This document shows, piece after piece, positions 39,771 to 49,229 of a DNA stretch of 64,000 nucleotides; position 1 is the stretch's first letter; the number at the start of each line of letters is the position of its first letter. The position numbers and the translations under genes are program-made. The stretch lies in contig CAXXWC010000018.1 of the NCBI GenBank assembly GCA_963668645.2, forward strand, positions 384,001-448,000, read 5' to 3'. The DNA comes from Desulfobacterales bacterium. GTDB lineage: Bacteria > Desulfobacterota > Desulfobacteria > Desulfobacterales > UBA2174. The notes beneath the pieces were generated by a model that saw only the letters and a program-made list of their open reading frames with translations, had not been told where the DNA came from and ran no database searches.

Positions 39771-40667
39771 TCAGGGTTTGACGTGAAAGCTCAGGCTGGC
39801 CGCGTCGTAGACGGCGGTGCATTTTCCCACCAGCTCATCCATGCCGGCCTCCGGCTTGACCTGCTGTTGGATATAGACGTTGGCCACCCATGGCCCGGCC
39901 GTGGGTAGGCGCAACTGCGCCTTGCCACCCATGAGGTAGGCCGAGAGGAAAAAACCGTCCGGGCCGCCGAAGGTATTGCTCGTGGCGGTGAGATAGTACA
40001 TCCCCTGGGCGCCCGAAGAGACCGGCTTGCCGTTGAAGGTCACCTCGAAGGAGACGAGATCGCCGGCGTGGACATCGCTCAGGTCGCCGGCCGGCATGAT
40101 CTCCAGGGCGTGGCCCAACGGCTTGGGGGCGGTCCATTTTTTCACGGCGGTATAGGCCTTGGCAAAGCTCTGGTACTTGAACGAGGCGAGGATCTGCTTG
40201 GCCCCCTCGATGGCGTCCATCGGCTTGGGCGCCATCTTCCGCTTGCCCTTGCCGTCGAGGTACATGGTGAAGAAGGTCGGTTCGCTCTGGCAGGCCACCT
40301 GGTAGGTGCCGGCAACGGTCTTGTCGGTCAAGGTAAGTTTGCGAACGGCCAGATCCCCTTTTTCCACGGTCAGACCGCCGGCCGCGGGTACCACCTCAAA
40401 CTGTTTTGGGGAGGGTTTTTCGAGGGCGGTGCGCTTCAGATCTGGGGCGTACAGGTCGAAGGCCTCCAGGGAGATGACCCCATGGCCGGAGACCAGCAGA
40501 TCGTCCAGGGGAACGCTGTGCCCCCATCCCAGGGTGATCAGGGCATGGCCCGGCGGGTGGGCGTACGACTCGTTGAGGTTGATCCACAGGCCGTGTGCCG
40601 CCGCCGGAGCGGACAGCAGCAGCAAGGCCAGGGGGACGGCGACGATAAGCGTGAACAGTCTTTTCAT
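39771..40667 (-). CDS. DUF4198 periplasmic metal-uptake protein
   Basis: Signal peptide then AHGLWIN, LGWGH, GTYQV, LEIMP, VTFNGKP; start MKRLF at 40667 with AGGAG RBS. Confidence 0.85.
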   Translation of the reverse strand: MKRLFTLIVAVPLALLLLSAPAAAHGLWINLNESYAHPPGHALITLGWGHSVPLDDLLVSGHGVISLEAFDLYAPDLKRTALEKPSPKQFEVVPAAGGLTVEKGDLAVRKLTLTDKTVAGTYQVACQSEPTFFTMYLDGKGKRKMAPKPMDAIEGAKQILASFKYQSFAKAYTAVKKWTAPKPLGHALEIMPAGDLSDVHAGDLVSFEVTFNGKPVSSGAQGMYYLTATSNTFGGPDGFFLSAYLMGGKAQLRLPTAGPWVANVYIQQQVKPEAGMDELVGKCTAVYDAASLSFHVKP

Positions 40668-40698
40668 GATCGGCTCCTTATGCGTATTCAATACGCCG

Positions 40699-41007
40699 TT
40701 ACGGTCCTTCCTCGTGCGCGGTATGCCCCGGGCCGCCATCCAGGATGATGGTGTAGGGCACCGAGGGCTTCTTGAAGGTAAATTCACCGTCGGCATCGGT
40801 GCGGCCTTTCAGCAGGATGTTGTTCTGGCCGTCGACGACCCGCACCTCGGTGGACCCGGCGACCGTCCCGGTGGAGTACATCCCCGAGATGGTCACCGTG
40901 CCGTCCTGGTTGTCTTCCACGGACATATAGAGCGTGTGGGCCTGGGCCGTGGCCGCCGTGGCCAGGAGCACCAGACAGATCGCTGCGGTGAACATCGCTT
41001 TTCGCAT
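40699..41007 (-). CDS. Small exported CbiL-like protein
   Basis: MRKAMF...AQA-HTLYM, GRTDADGEFTF, DGGPGH; GGAGG RBS. Confidence 0.7.
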   Translation of the reverse strand: MRKAMFTAAICLVLLATAATAQAHTLYMSVEDNQDGTVTISGMYSTGTVAGSTEVRVVDGQNNILLKGRTDADGEFTFKKPSVPYTIILDGGPGHTAHEEGP

Positions 41008-41143
41008 GAAGCTCGCGCCTCCTTGGGTTGGGATCGGCTTTTCATCAAAAAGAGCGCAAAGGTCATCCGAAAGTTCCCTTGCGCCTTGCACTGCCCTGCG
41101 CGCCGCGCCAAAGGCGCCGGCCGCGGGCCGTAAGACGAGTCGC

Positions 41144-41169
41144 ACGTAGATAGAAGGCTCTATCTACGT
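41144..41169. promoter_or_regulatory. 11-4-11 inverted repeat, putative operator
   Basis: ACGTAGATAGA-AGGC-TCTATCTACGT in the intergenic region upstream of the CbiL-like/DUF4198 pair. Confidence 0.5.
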
Positions 41170-41337
41170 AAGATCCGCCTTATTAAACCCTCGATGACGG
41201 CCAGTCAACCCTAAACTAAAAAAGGATGCCGGGCTGCTCGGGACAAAGGCGATCCCGGCCCTGCAGCAAGTACTGTCCTTGTCGGCCAGGATGCCACACC
41301 CAGGTTGCACAGCCGCCTGACCGCCTCCGGCTCCCCG

Positions 41338-42174
41338 TCAGCCTTTTTCCCACCACAGTTTCATGCTCCGCCAGGTGTAAGGGAGGATCACCCGGCCGTC
41401 TCTCTTTTCCACGACGTCTTCGTAGTAGGCTTTGAGCTTGGCGATCTGGGCGTCGGAAAGCGGGGGCATCCTGGCGGCAAAATCTGCCACGAGATCGTCC
41501 AGGCTGTTGAAATGATGGTCCATCCGCCCTGGAAAGACCTCGACGTTGGGATAGATATCCATCTGGCACAGCAGGTTGAAGATGATGTCCGCCCGGGGCA
41601 TGCCGGTATAGGGCCGGTCGAACAGGGCCTCGAAGAGGTAGTCGTTCTCCCGGTCCCAGGAGGCCGGTCCGGCAAACCACAGCAAGAAGACATGGCCCCG
41701 GGACACCCGCTGCATCTTTTCAACGGCCGCGCAAAGGTCGGGCATCCCCAGCGAGTACGAGGCGACGACCACGTCGTAGGGCGGCGCGATGTCGGTCTTC
41801 TCGTCGACGTCCTCCCATCGTTTATGGACACAAGCCACGTTGCCCAACGCCTCGCTGGCGATATTCTCCCGCAACACCCGGGCCATGGCCCCGGCCGGTT
41901 CGACGGCGGTGACGTGGCCCACCTGGCTGGCCAGGGGGATCGTCAGTGTCCCGGGCCCGGCGCCCACATCCAGCACACGGATGTTTTTTCCGACCGGCAT
42001 GTGCCTGACCATCTGCCGGATCAACGGCCGGGAGTTCAAGGCCATCTGCCAATAGTTGCGCGCCGAATCGTCATTGTCCCAGGATCTGGCGCAATCCATT
42101 CCGCCCATCATCTCGGAGAATGCCGCCACCTGCTTTTTCCAGATCCCGTTCCAATCCATCTGATCGTTGGTCAT
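41338..42174 (-). CDS. Class I SAM-dependent methyltransferase
   Basis: DWNGIWK, VLDVGAGPGTL, VTAVEPA, YDVVVAS. Confidence 0.9.
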   Translation of the reverse strand: MTNDQMDWNGIWKKQVAAFSEMMGGMDCARSWDNDDSARNYWQMALNSRPLIRQMVRHMPVGKNIRVLDVGAGPGTLTIPLASQVGHVTAVEPAGAMARVLRENIASEALGNVACVHKRWEDVDEKTDIAPPYDVVVASYSLGMPDLCAAVEKMQRVSRGHVFLLWFAGPASWDRENDYLFEALFDRPYTGMPRADIIFNLLCQMDIYPNVEVFPGRMDHHFNSLDDLVADFAARMPPLSDAQIAKLKAYYEDVVEKRDGRVILPYTWRSMKLWWEKG

Positions 42175-42216
42175 TCTGAATGCCTCCCTGGCAAGGATTT
42201 TTCTGAAATGCCGCCG

Positions 42217-44364
42217 TCAATACGTGAAGCTGACATTGAGGCCGAACACCCGGTCAGGGGACGGCACGAGGTACTGTTCTTCGTATTCGGTGTCGAAGAG
42301 GTTGGTGACATAGACCTTGACCCGGGCCTGTTGGCTTAAAAAGCGTTGTTCCACAGCCAGATCGACGGTGGCAAAGTCGTCGATCTCCTGGTTGAGGCTG
42401 GTTTTGCGTTTGTCCACGTACCGGATGCCGGCCAACAGGATGGTGTCGTCCAATACCGCGTAATCCAAACCCAGGGTCGCCTTGTGCCGGGGGAGCTGGT
42501 AGTGGTCGTCGTAGAGCTGGTCCTCTGCGATCCGGGTCGGGCCGAGTTCGGAATCCTGGTACGTGTAGTTGAGATAGCCGTCGAGACGCTGGAAGAGGCT
42601 GAAGCGCAGTTCCGCCTCCACGCCCTGAACAACCATGTGGTCGGCGTTGAAAACCATCTCTTCGATCCGTCCCGAATACAGGAGCGGATACGGGTCGCGG
42701 TTGAACATGATGTAGTTGTCGATGTCGTAATAATAGTATCCCAAACGCGCGGTGATATCCTTGGTGAGCTTCCGGATGACGCCGCCCTCATACTCCATGG
42801 CGGTTTCCGGATCGATGAAAAGGCCCGTCGGAACGCCCATATAACTGAACTCCATCCCGGTGGGGATGCGAAACGCCTTGCTCACGTTGAGATAGCCGGT
42901 GGTACCGGGCCAGAAGACATAGTTGAGACGCGATTTGGGGCACCAGGCATCCATCTCCTTTGAAAAATCGTCGTATCCGGCAATATTCACGTCCACATCC
43001 ATGTCCACCCGGTCGTAGCGCAACCCGAGTGCCAGGCTGAGCTTTTCGGTAACCTGCCAGACGTCCTCGAGAAAGGCCGCCTTGTGGGCGATCATTCTGG
43101 TCGACGGCACATGCCACTGCATCGTGGGCATGACGGCGTCATAGCCGAGTTCGTACTCCCGGCCTTCCAGCCCCACCGTGATGTCGTGGCGGTCGAAGAG
43201 CGTAAAACGGTCATGGACGATCCAGCCCCAGTCGCTGAAGTCGACCTGCTCTGTATAATCGTAAAACCCGGTGGCCTGGCTGTAGTTGTGGTGGCTCTCG
43301 TCGCGGAACTCCTCGGATTTGTACAGGTGGAGCTTCCAATCGCCAACCGGCGTCGGTTGTTCGAAGAACAGGTCGAAGTACTCGGTATCGCGTTTTTCAT
43401 AACTGCCGGCGCCGGCATAATTGGGCGTCGATCCCGCCGAGACCGCTTTGACGACGGGATAGCCGCTGTCGTAGCAAGCGCCGGTCAGAACATCGGCGGG
43501 ATCGTTGACCACATAGGGAGACTTGTCCTGGAAGCTGCCTTTGTAGCCGAAGGTCAGACGGCCCCGGAAAGGGAATCGATAGGAGATGCGGCCGTTGACG
43601 TCCTTCAGGCGGTAGCCGCTGTTTTTCAGGTAGCCGTCAGATTGCCGGTAGGCGCCGCCGAAAGCGTAGCTCAAGGCGTTCATGTCGCCGGACACCCCGG
43701 CCATGTATTTTTGCGTATCGTATTCTGAGATATCCACCGTCGCCTTGCCCTCGGGCCGGCCGTCGGGGCGTGAACCGCCCTTTTGGGTCACGATGTTGAT
43801 CGTGCCGCCGATGGTTTCCCCGTAAACCGCCGAATGGCCGCCGCGGATGACCTCTACCCGCTCCACATTTTCAAGGGTCAGCGAGTTCCAGTCCACCAGC
43901 TTGTCATAAAAGCCGCCGGCATTGCGGACCGGCCGGCCGTCGATGCGCACCATGATCCTCCGCGCGCCCAGGCCCCTGATTTTTACCACGTCCTTGCCGT
44001 CGGAAAGGGTCTGATCGCCCCGCTGAACGTCTATCTCGGCAAGGCTCTCCAGGATATCCTGGACCGTCTGCGGACTCCTGGCGCTCTCGTAGGTCTCGGT
44101 CACCACGGTGGTGGCCGTGGGATCGATGGCGACCCCGGCGGCTTCGCCGTACCTGTCCGCGGTGACGACGATCTCCCCCAGGTTCTGGGCCTTCGGGGCC
44201 GCCCCGGCCGAGGCAGCCGCCGGCGCCGTCTGCGCCACAAACAAGAGCAATGCCAACAGGCTTGCAACATGCCTGCAAGGTATCACCGGAACCGGCACCG
44301 ATGCGCCCGTCCCTTTTGCACCGAGACATCCGCCTTTTTTCTTCCGCCTTGTCCCTCGCGCCAT
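42217..44364 (-). CDS. TonB-dependent outer-membrane receptor
   Basis: LGEIVVTA TonB box, IRGLG..RIDGRP, VERVEVIRGGHSAVYG..GGTINIVT, TNLFDTEY, C-terminal Y. Confidence 0.93.
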   Translation of the reverse strand: MARGTRRKKKGGCLGAKGTGASVPVPVIPCRHVASLLALLLFVAQTAPAAASAGAAPKAQNLGEIVVTADRYGEAAGVAIDPTATTVVTETYESARSPQTVQDILESLAEIDVQRGDQTLSDGKDVVKIRGLGARRIMVRIDGRPVRNAGGFYDKLVDWNSLTLENVERVEVIRGGHSAVYGETIGGTINIVTQKGGSRPDGRPEGKATVDISEYDTQKYMAGVSGDMNALSYAFGGAYRQSDGYLKNSGYRLKDVNGRISYRFPFRGRLTFGYKGSFQDKSPYVVNDPADVLTGACYDSGYPVVKAVSAGSTPNYAGAGSYEKRDTEYFDLFFEQPTPVGDWKLHLYKSEEFRDESHHNYSQATGFYDYTEQVDFSDWGWIVHDRFTLFDRHDITVGLEGREYELGYDAVMPTMQWHVPSTRMIAHKAAFLEDVWQVTEKLSLALGLRYDRVDMDVDVNIAGYDDFSKEMDAWCPKSRLNYVFWPGTTGYLNVSKAFRIPTGMEFSYMGVPTGLFIDPETAMEYEGGVIRKLTKDITARLGYYYYDIDNYIMFNRDPYPLLYSGRIEEMVFNADHMVVQGVEAELRFSLFQRLDGYLNYTYQDSELGPTRIAEDQLYDDHYQLPRHKATLGLDYAVLDDTILLAGIRYVDKRKTSLNQEIDDFATVDLAVEQRFLSQQARVKVYVTNLFDTEYEEQYLVPSPDRVFGLNVSFTY

Positions 44365-44395
44365 TTACACCTCCTTCGTCTCCCAAATGCCGTCG

Positions 44396-44452
44396 AAATA
44401 AAAAAGCCACGAAGCCATCGGGGCCGTTTCCGTCCCTTCAGCCTTCATGGCT
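44396..44452 (-). terminator. Leader intrinsic terminator/attenuator upstream of the second TonB receptor
   Basis: Minus strand AGCCATGAAGGC...GGCTTCGTGGCT plus U-tract (TTTTTATTT); same sequence family as 9274-9328. Confidence 0.65.
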
Positions 44453-44633
44453 CGACTGGATTGTTTCCCCTGTTTCGGCAGCCGGATCGCGACGACAGGA
44501 GGCTTCGTGCCCCAATGGCGGTATCCGTCACCGAAGAGAACCGATCAGGAAAGCAAGGCTTTTAGCACGACCGGAGGAGGCCGTCTTTCAAACACCGCAC
44601 CATTGTTTGCACTTGCCGCACTTTTCGTGCGGA

Positions 44634-45824
44634 TCAGATCTTTTGGTGCCGTATCAGGCGAAGAAGATTGAAGCGCTGCGAATCGTCGCCCGGATCGGTG
44701 CGGAAGGAAGGCGGCTTGAGCCCGGACGACAGCGTTCCGGGGCGGGGCGGTTGGGCGGCCGCCGACCCCAGGAGGTGGATAGGGCCGGAACCGTTTTTCA
44801 GATAGGCGGTCGGGGGGATGCCGAAACGTTTTGCGAAAGCGTTGGTAAAATGGCTGTGGCTCTTGTATCCGGCTTCATGGGCGGCCTGTCCGATGTTCAG
44901 CCGCCCCTCGGCCAGAAGGCCCAACGCCCGGTCCAGTTTGGCCAGGCGCAGGGCCTCGAAGACGGTGAGCCCAAACAGGTGCCGGAAGCCGCGGTTGAGC
45001 TTGTTACGGTTGACGCCGGCCATGTGCGCCAACGATTCCAGGTCCGGCGGAGCATCGAGGTTTTCCAGCAGCAGACGGTGCGCCTCCCGGACCCGGTCGA
45101 GATCCCCGGGGCCGAGCGGCCGGTTCTTCCGGGGTGGGGCTGCGAGAACGGACAGGGTCAGGGCGACCAGTTCCAGGGCCTTGGCTTCTATGAAGATCCT
45201 GGCCACGGCGCCCTGGTAGGGACAGGCCAGGATCTGGCGGACGACGGCCTCCATGGCCGGCGTGATCCACAAGACATCGATCACCGGCGACTCGTTACCC
45301 CTGCCGTTCGCGGTCAGGGCGGCGATGTGCCTGAAAGCGCCGTTCCCGTGTTCACTACCGAGACAGGCTTGCAGGAAGGGCCTCGCCATGAACAGAGTAA
45401 GGCTCAGATGATCTTGCGTGCCGAGGCACTCGATCGTTCCGCTGCAAAAGGGAAGGTAGGCCAGGACGCACTGCCCCGGTTGCATCAGTTCTTCGACGTG
45501 CCGGCGGTGGCTCAAACGGATGAGGCTTCGGCGCCGGCCGCGCAGATGAAAGGCCAGCTCCAGGGGGGCGGGGCCCATCTCGAATCTGATCATGGACCGA
45601 TGGCAAAGTGCCGCGCTGTTAACGACCAGATCGAGGCCCGGGCGCAGGCAGATGGCGCCGGTGGGACCGCCCGGACCGTTTTTCCAGGCGAACGTCGTCG
45701 GGCGTTCTTGTGCGGGCTTTGCGCCCGTTTCGGCCAGTGCCGGCGCACCGATGCAAAGCACCGGATCATCCGCCAGGGACTCTCCGAGGGGGGACGGCCC
45801 TGGCGCGCTGTTTGTTCTCTCCAT
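44634..45824 (-). CDS. AraC family regulator (PchR-like)
   Basis: IEAKALEL, PPDLESLAHMAGVNRNKLNRGFRHLFG, AAHEAGYKSHSHFTNAFAKRFGIPP. Confidence 0.9.
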   Translation of the reverse strand: MERTNSAPGPSPLGESLADDPVLCIGAPALAETGAKPAQERPTTFAWKNGPGGPTGAICLRPGLDLVVNSAALCHRSMIRFEMGPAPLELAFHLRGRRRSLIRLSHRRHVEELMQPGQCVLAYLPFCSGTIECLGTQDHLSLTLFMARPFLQACLGSEHGNGAFRHIAALTANGRGNESPVIDVLWITPAMEAVVRQILACPYQGAVARIFIEAKALELVALTLSVLAAPPRKNRPLGPGDLDRVREAHRLLLENLDAPPDLESLAHMAGVNRNKLNRGFRHLFGLTVFEALRLAKLDRALGLLAEGRLNIGQAAHEAGYKSHSHFTNAFAKRFGIPPTAYLKNGSGPIHLLGSAAAQPPRPGTLSSGLKPPSFRTDPGDDSQRFNLLRLIRHQKI

Positions 45825-46232
45825 GTCGATCCGTCACCGCGGCCTCAGTGCCGGGGCGGCATGCACGGCTTGCGCATACGGGCCGTTCATCCGTCTGTGG
45901 CGAAATCGACTTCGTCTCGGCCCGGGCCATGTCCCGTCAATCGGTCTCATGTTCACCCATCATTTTCAAGCGGATCGATTGACGCCTTCTCAGCCCGCCA
46001 CGTCCCGTCGGATGGAACCGCAGGTTCTTGGGAAACACAAGAATACCAAGATTGAGATAGATATCTCTAACTATACGGCAGGTGATTTACCCCCGCAGTA
46101 CCTGATTGTCAAGGGCCTGACGCTGTCTGGCGATGAAGAGGGCTCTATGTGGCAAGACGCCGGGCCAGCCGCCGGGCAGCAGGCCCCGGGGCAGCAGATG
46201 GTCGATCCGTCCTGTCGCCGGCGCGTCTCCTG

Positions 46233-46943
46233 CTAAGTCCGCCCTTTCCACCACTTCAAGTCCTGTTTTGCGGAAAGGATGCCGTTAAGCGCGGTCAGGG
46301 CGTGCTTCTTGATGATGCGAAAATGCTTTTTCATCGCCTTGCGGGTTTTTTCCAGGGACCGGCTTTCGAGGGCTTCGATCAACTCGCTGTGCAGGGAGCC
46401 GACCTTTTCCTCTGAAGCCACAAAGAGCAGGCTGCCCCGATACTTCAGATACAAAAGATCGAAGAGATGTTCCAGGATCTGGAGCTGCGTCTTGCGCCCG
46501 GAAACGGTGGCGATGGCCAGATGGAACTCCCGGTCCTGATGCAGCTTATGGTTCAGGTAATCTTCCCGGGAAACCGTCTTGTCGTCGATCAGAATCCGGC
46601 GCAACTGCGCCACGGCCGCGGCGTTGAGGTTGTAGAGCACCGCCGGCAGCAGTGACATCTCGATCATCTCCCGCAGTTCGTAGATTTCCTCGACCTCCTG
46701 GACGCTCATGGGGGCCGTGAAATACCCCCGGTTGGTCTCGTGGTGGACAAGCCCCTGGTGCTCCAGTCGCTTCAATGCCTGGATGACCGGGGTCAGGCTG
46801 ACATGGAGTTTTTCGGCCAGTTCCCGGTAGGAAATTTTCTGGCCCGGCACGATCTCGTTGTTGAACAGCATTCTGCGGATGCCTTCATAGACCTGCCGGG
46901 CCACATCGGATTTGCTGCGTAAGGGCTTTTCGGATGATTTCAT
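46233..46943 (-). CDS. GntR (FCD) family regulator
   Basis: VYEGIRRML..IVPGQKI..ELAEKLHVSLTPVIQALKRLEHQGLV; FCD with DREFH. Confidence 0.92.
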   Translation of the reverse strand: MKSSEKPLRSKSDVARQVYEGIRRMLFNNEIVPGQKISYRELAEKLHVSLTPVIQALKRLEHQGLVHHETNRGYFTAPMSVQEVEEIYELREMIEMSLLPAVLYNLNAAAVAQLRRILIDDKTVSREDYLNHKLHQDREFHLAIATVSGRKTQLQILEHLFDLLYLKYRGSLLFVASEEKVGSLHSELIEALESRSLEKTRKAMKKHFRIIKKHALTALNGILSAKQDLKWWKGRT

Positions 46944-47310
46944 GGATGCTCCGGGTCTTTCTGGTTTTAAAAAAGTTCGTTACATTTTCGTATAATTACA
47001 CTCACAATTTTGTCAAGCCTGATGGCGTCTTGATCGATGCTTTGAGGGCAGCCGGTTTTTTCTGAAAATGCCCTAACATTTATGTAACATTTTATATTAA
47101 TTGAATTTCTGCATTTAATGAAAAAGGGTTGACAGCGTAATCCCCCTAAGATTATTAAGAGTAAACTTAATCAAATTCAACAAAATTTAATTAAATCACG
47201 GACCCGATCATAACCTGCGATATCGCTGCCGCCGCCAGGATCAACCGAAAAGGTGGCCGCTGCACTGACCATTGGCCAATCGGTTCAACCCTACAGTGAA
47301 GGAGGTCGAC

Positions 47311-48336
47311 ATGACAGGTTCAAAAAGGCGCTTGTTTGTTGCAATGGTTGTTGTGGCCGTGTTTGCAGGTGCAATGGTTACGGCGCTCTGCCCGCAGGCA
47401 GGGGCGGAAGCACTTACACCGGTGCGCTACGAAGAGGTCATCCGCTCCGTGTTCTACCTGCCAAGTTATGTTGCCCTGAGCAAGGGCTATTTCCAGGAAG
47501 AGGGGCTGGACGTCTCCATCAAGACATCCTGGGGCAGCGACAAGGGAACTGCTGCACTGCTTTCGGGCAACGCGGACATCGTACTGGTGGGCCCCGAAAC
47601 CGCCGTATACATCCAGAAAGGCGAGTCGCCCGAGAAGGTCAGGATTTTCTGCGGACTGACGGCCACCGACGGGTCGATGCTGGTGTCCCGCGAGAAGATC
47701 GACTCCTTCGACTGGCAGAGCCTGAAGGGCAAAACCATCATGAGCTGGCGGGTGGGCAGCATGCCGGCGGTTTTCCTTGAACATCTTTTGCGTGCCAACA
47801 GCCTCGATCCGGACAAGGATGTGACCATCATCAACAATCTGGCCGCCCCGGCGCGCCACGGCGCCTTTGTTTCCGGAACCGCAGATTTCGCGACCTTTTT
47901 CGAGCCCGATGTGTCCAAGATGGAGTCCAACGGAACCGGCCACTTCGTAACATCCGTCGGCCGGCAGGTGGGCAACGTCGACTACACCGTGTTCATGGCC
48001 ACCCAATCCTTTATCGCCAAGAATCCGAAGATCATCCAGGCATGGACCAACGCCATTTTCAAGGCCCAGAAGTATTGCCTCGAAGCCGATGCCATGGTCA
48101 TCGCCAAGTCGGTGGCCGCCTTCTTCCCTTCGGTGGACCTGGAGCTGATCGCCCAATCCATCCAGCGCTACCGGCAGCTCAGTATCTTAAAGACCAGTCC
48201 GCTGGTGCAGCCCGCCGCCATCGAGGGGCTTCAGGACCTGCTGGTGGAAGGGGGGCTGCTCAAAACGCAAGAGCGCGTCAAGTACGAGGACATAGTGGTC
48301 GTCGATTTTGCAAGAAAGGCGATGGGGCAAAAATAA
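47311..48336 (+). CDS. ABC transporter substrate-binding protein (NMT1/SsuA/TauA type)
   Basis: Signal peptide, RSVFYLPSYVALSKGYFQEEGLDV, FFEP; GGAGG RBS before ATG 47311. Confidence 0.9.
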   Translation: MTGSKRRLFVAMVVVAVFAGAMVTALCPQAGAEALTPVRYEEVIRSVFYLPSYVALSKGYFQEEGLDVSIKTSWGSDKGTAALLSGNADIVLVGPETAVYIQKGESPEKVRIFCGLTATDGSMLVSREKIDSFDWQSLKGKTIMSWRVGSMPAVFLEHLLRANSLDPDKDVTIINNLAAPARHGAFVSGTADFATFFEPDVSKMESNGTGHFVTSVGRQVGNVDYTVFMATQSFIAKNPKIIQAWTNAIFKAQKYCLEADAMVIAKSVAAFFPSVDLELIAQSIQRYRQLSILKTSPLVQPAAIEGLQDLLVEGGLLKTQERVKYEDIVVVDFARKAMGQK

Positions 48337-49229
48337 TGGAAGCGCTGGTGCCATCAGGTGAGCAGGGAGGCAATGCCGGCGGCGGGCCGCCGCCGGTGGC
48401 GGTTGTCGAACTGTTCAAGGTCCGGCAGGTCTACTTGTCCGACGACGGGGAGATCGAGGCCATCCGCGATCTCAGTCTCACCGTGCGCCAGGGGGAGTTC
48501 GTCAGCATCGTCGGGCAAAGCGGCTGCGGTAAGAGCACGCTGCTGTCAATCATCGCCGGCCTGATCGCGCCCACGGCGGGCGAGGTGCGTATCAAGGGGG
48601 CTGCTGTTAAAGGGCCGTCACGGCGAACCGGCTACATGCTCCAGCACGATACCCTTTTCGAGTGGCGCACCATTCTGGAAAATGTTCTGCTGGGACCGGA
48701 AATCCAAGGCCTGGACATGCGGGCGGCCGAGGCCCGGGCCCATCACCTGCTGGACCGCTACGGCCTTGCCGATTTCAAGGGGAAACTGCCCCAGGAGCTT
48801 TCTGGAGGGATGCGCCAGCGTGCGGCCCTGGCCCGCACCATGTGCACCGAGCCTGAAATCCTGCTCCTGGACGAACCGTTTTCCGCCCTCGATTACCAGA
48901 CCCGCCTGGCCATGACCGAAGAGATCGGCATGATCCTGCGCACCGAACAGCGCACGGTGATCATGGTCACCCACGACATATCCGAGGCCATTGCCATGTC
49001 GGACCGCATCGTGGTGCTCAGCGCCAGGCCCGGCCGGGTCCAGTCCGAACACCGCGTCGTCTTTCCCAGTGCCGGCGGCCGGCGGCCCACACCGCTGGCC
49101 ACCCGCGACACTCCGGAGTTCGGCCAATATTTTCAAACCATCTGGAAGGAACTGGACTTTCATGTCAACGGCACCGCAAAAGAGCGAAAATCCCGCCGCT
49201 CGGGACAATCCGGCAGCTGCAAGGCCTGA
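48336..49229 (+). CDS. ABC transporter ATP-binding protein (NitT/TauT)
   Basis: GQSGCGKST, LSGGMRQR, LLDEPFSALD, VTHD. Confidence 0.93.
   Translation: MEALVPSGEQGGNAGGGPPPVAVVELFKVRQVYLSDDGEIEAIRDLSLTVRQGEFVSIVGQSGCGKSTLLSIIAGLIAPTAGEVRIKGAAVKGPSRRTGYMLQHDTLFEWRTILENVLLGPEIQGLDMRAAEARAHHLLDRYGLADFKGKLPQELSGGMRQRAALARTMCTEPEILLLDEPFSALDYQTRLAMTEEIGMILRTEQRTVIMVTHDISEAIAMSDRIVVLSARPGRVQSEHRVVFPSAGGRRPTPLATRDTPEFGQYFQTIWKELDFHVNGTAKERKSRRSGQSGSCKA

Noticed and set aside
44250..46055. 601-aa plus-strand ORF and similar long antisense ORFs (e.g. 1804-3057, 26521-28032, 41305-42339)
   Set aside because: Shadow frames of well-supported opposite-strand genes in GC-rich DNA
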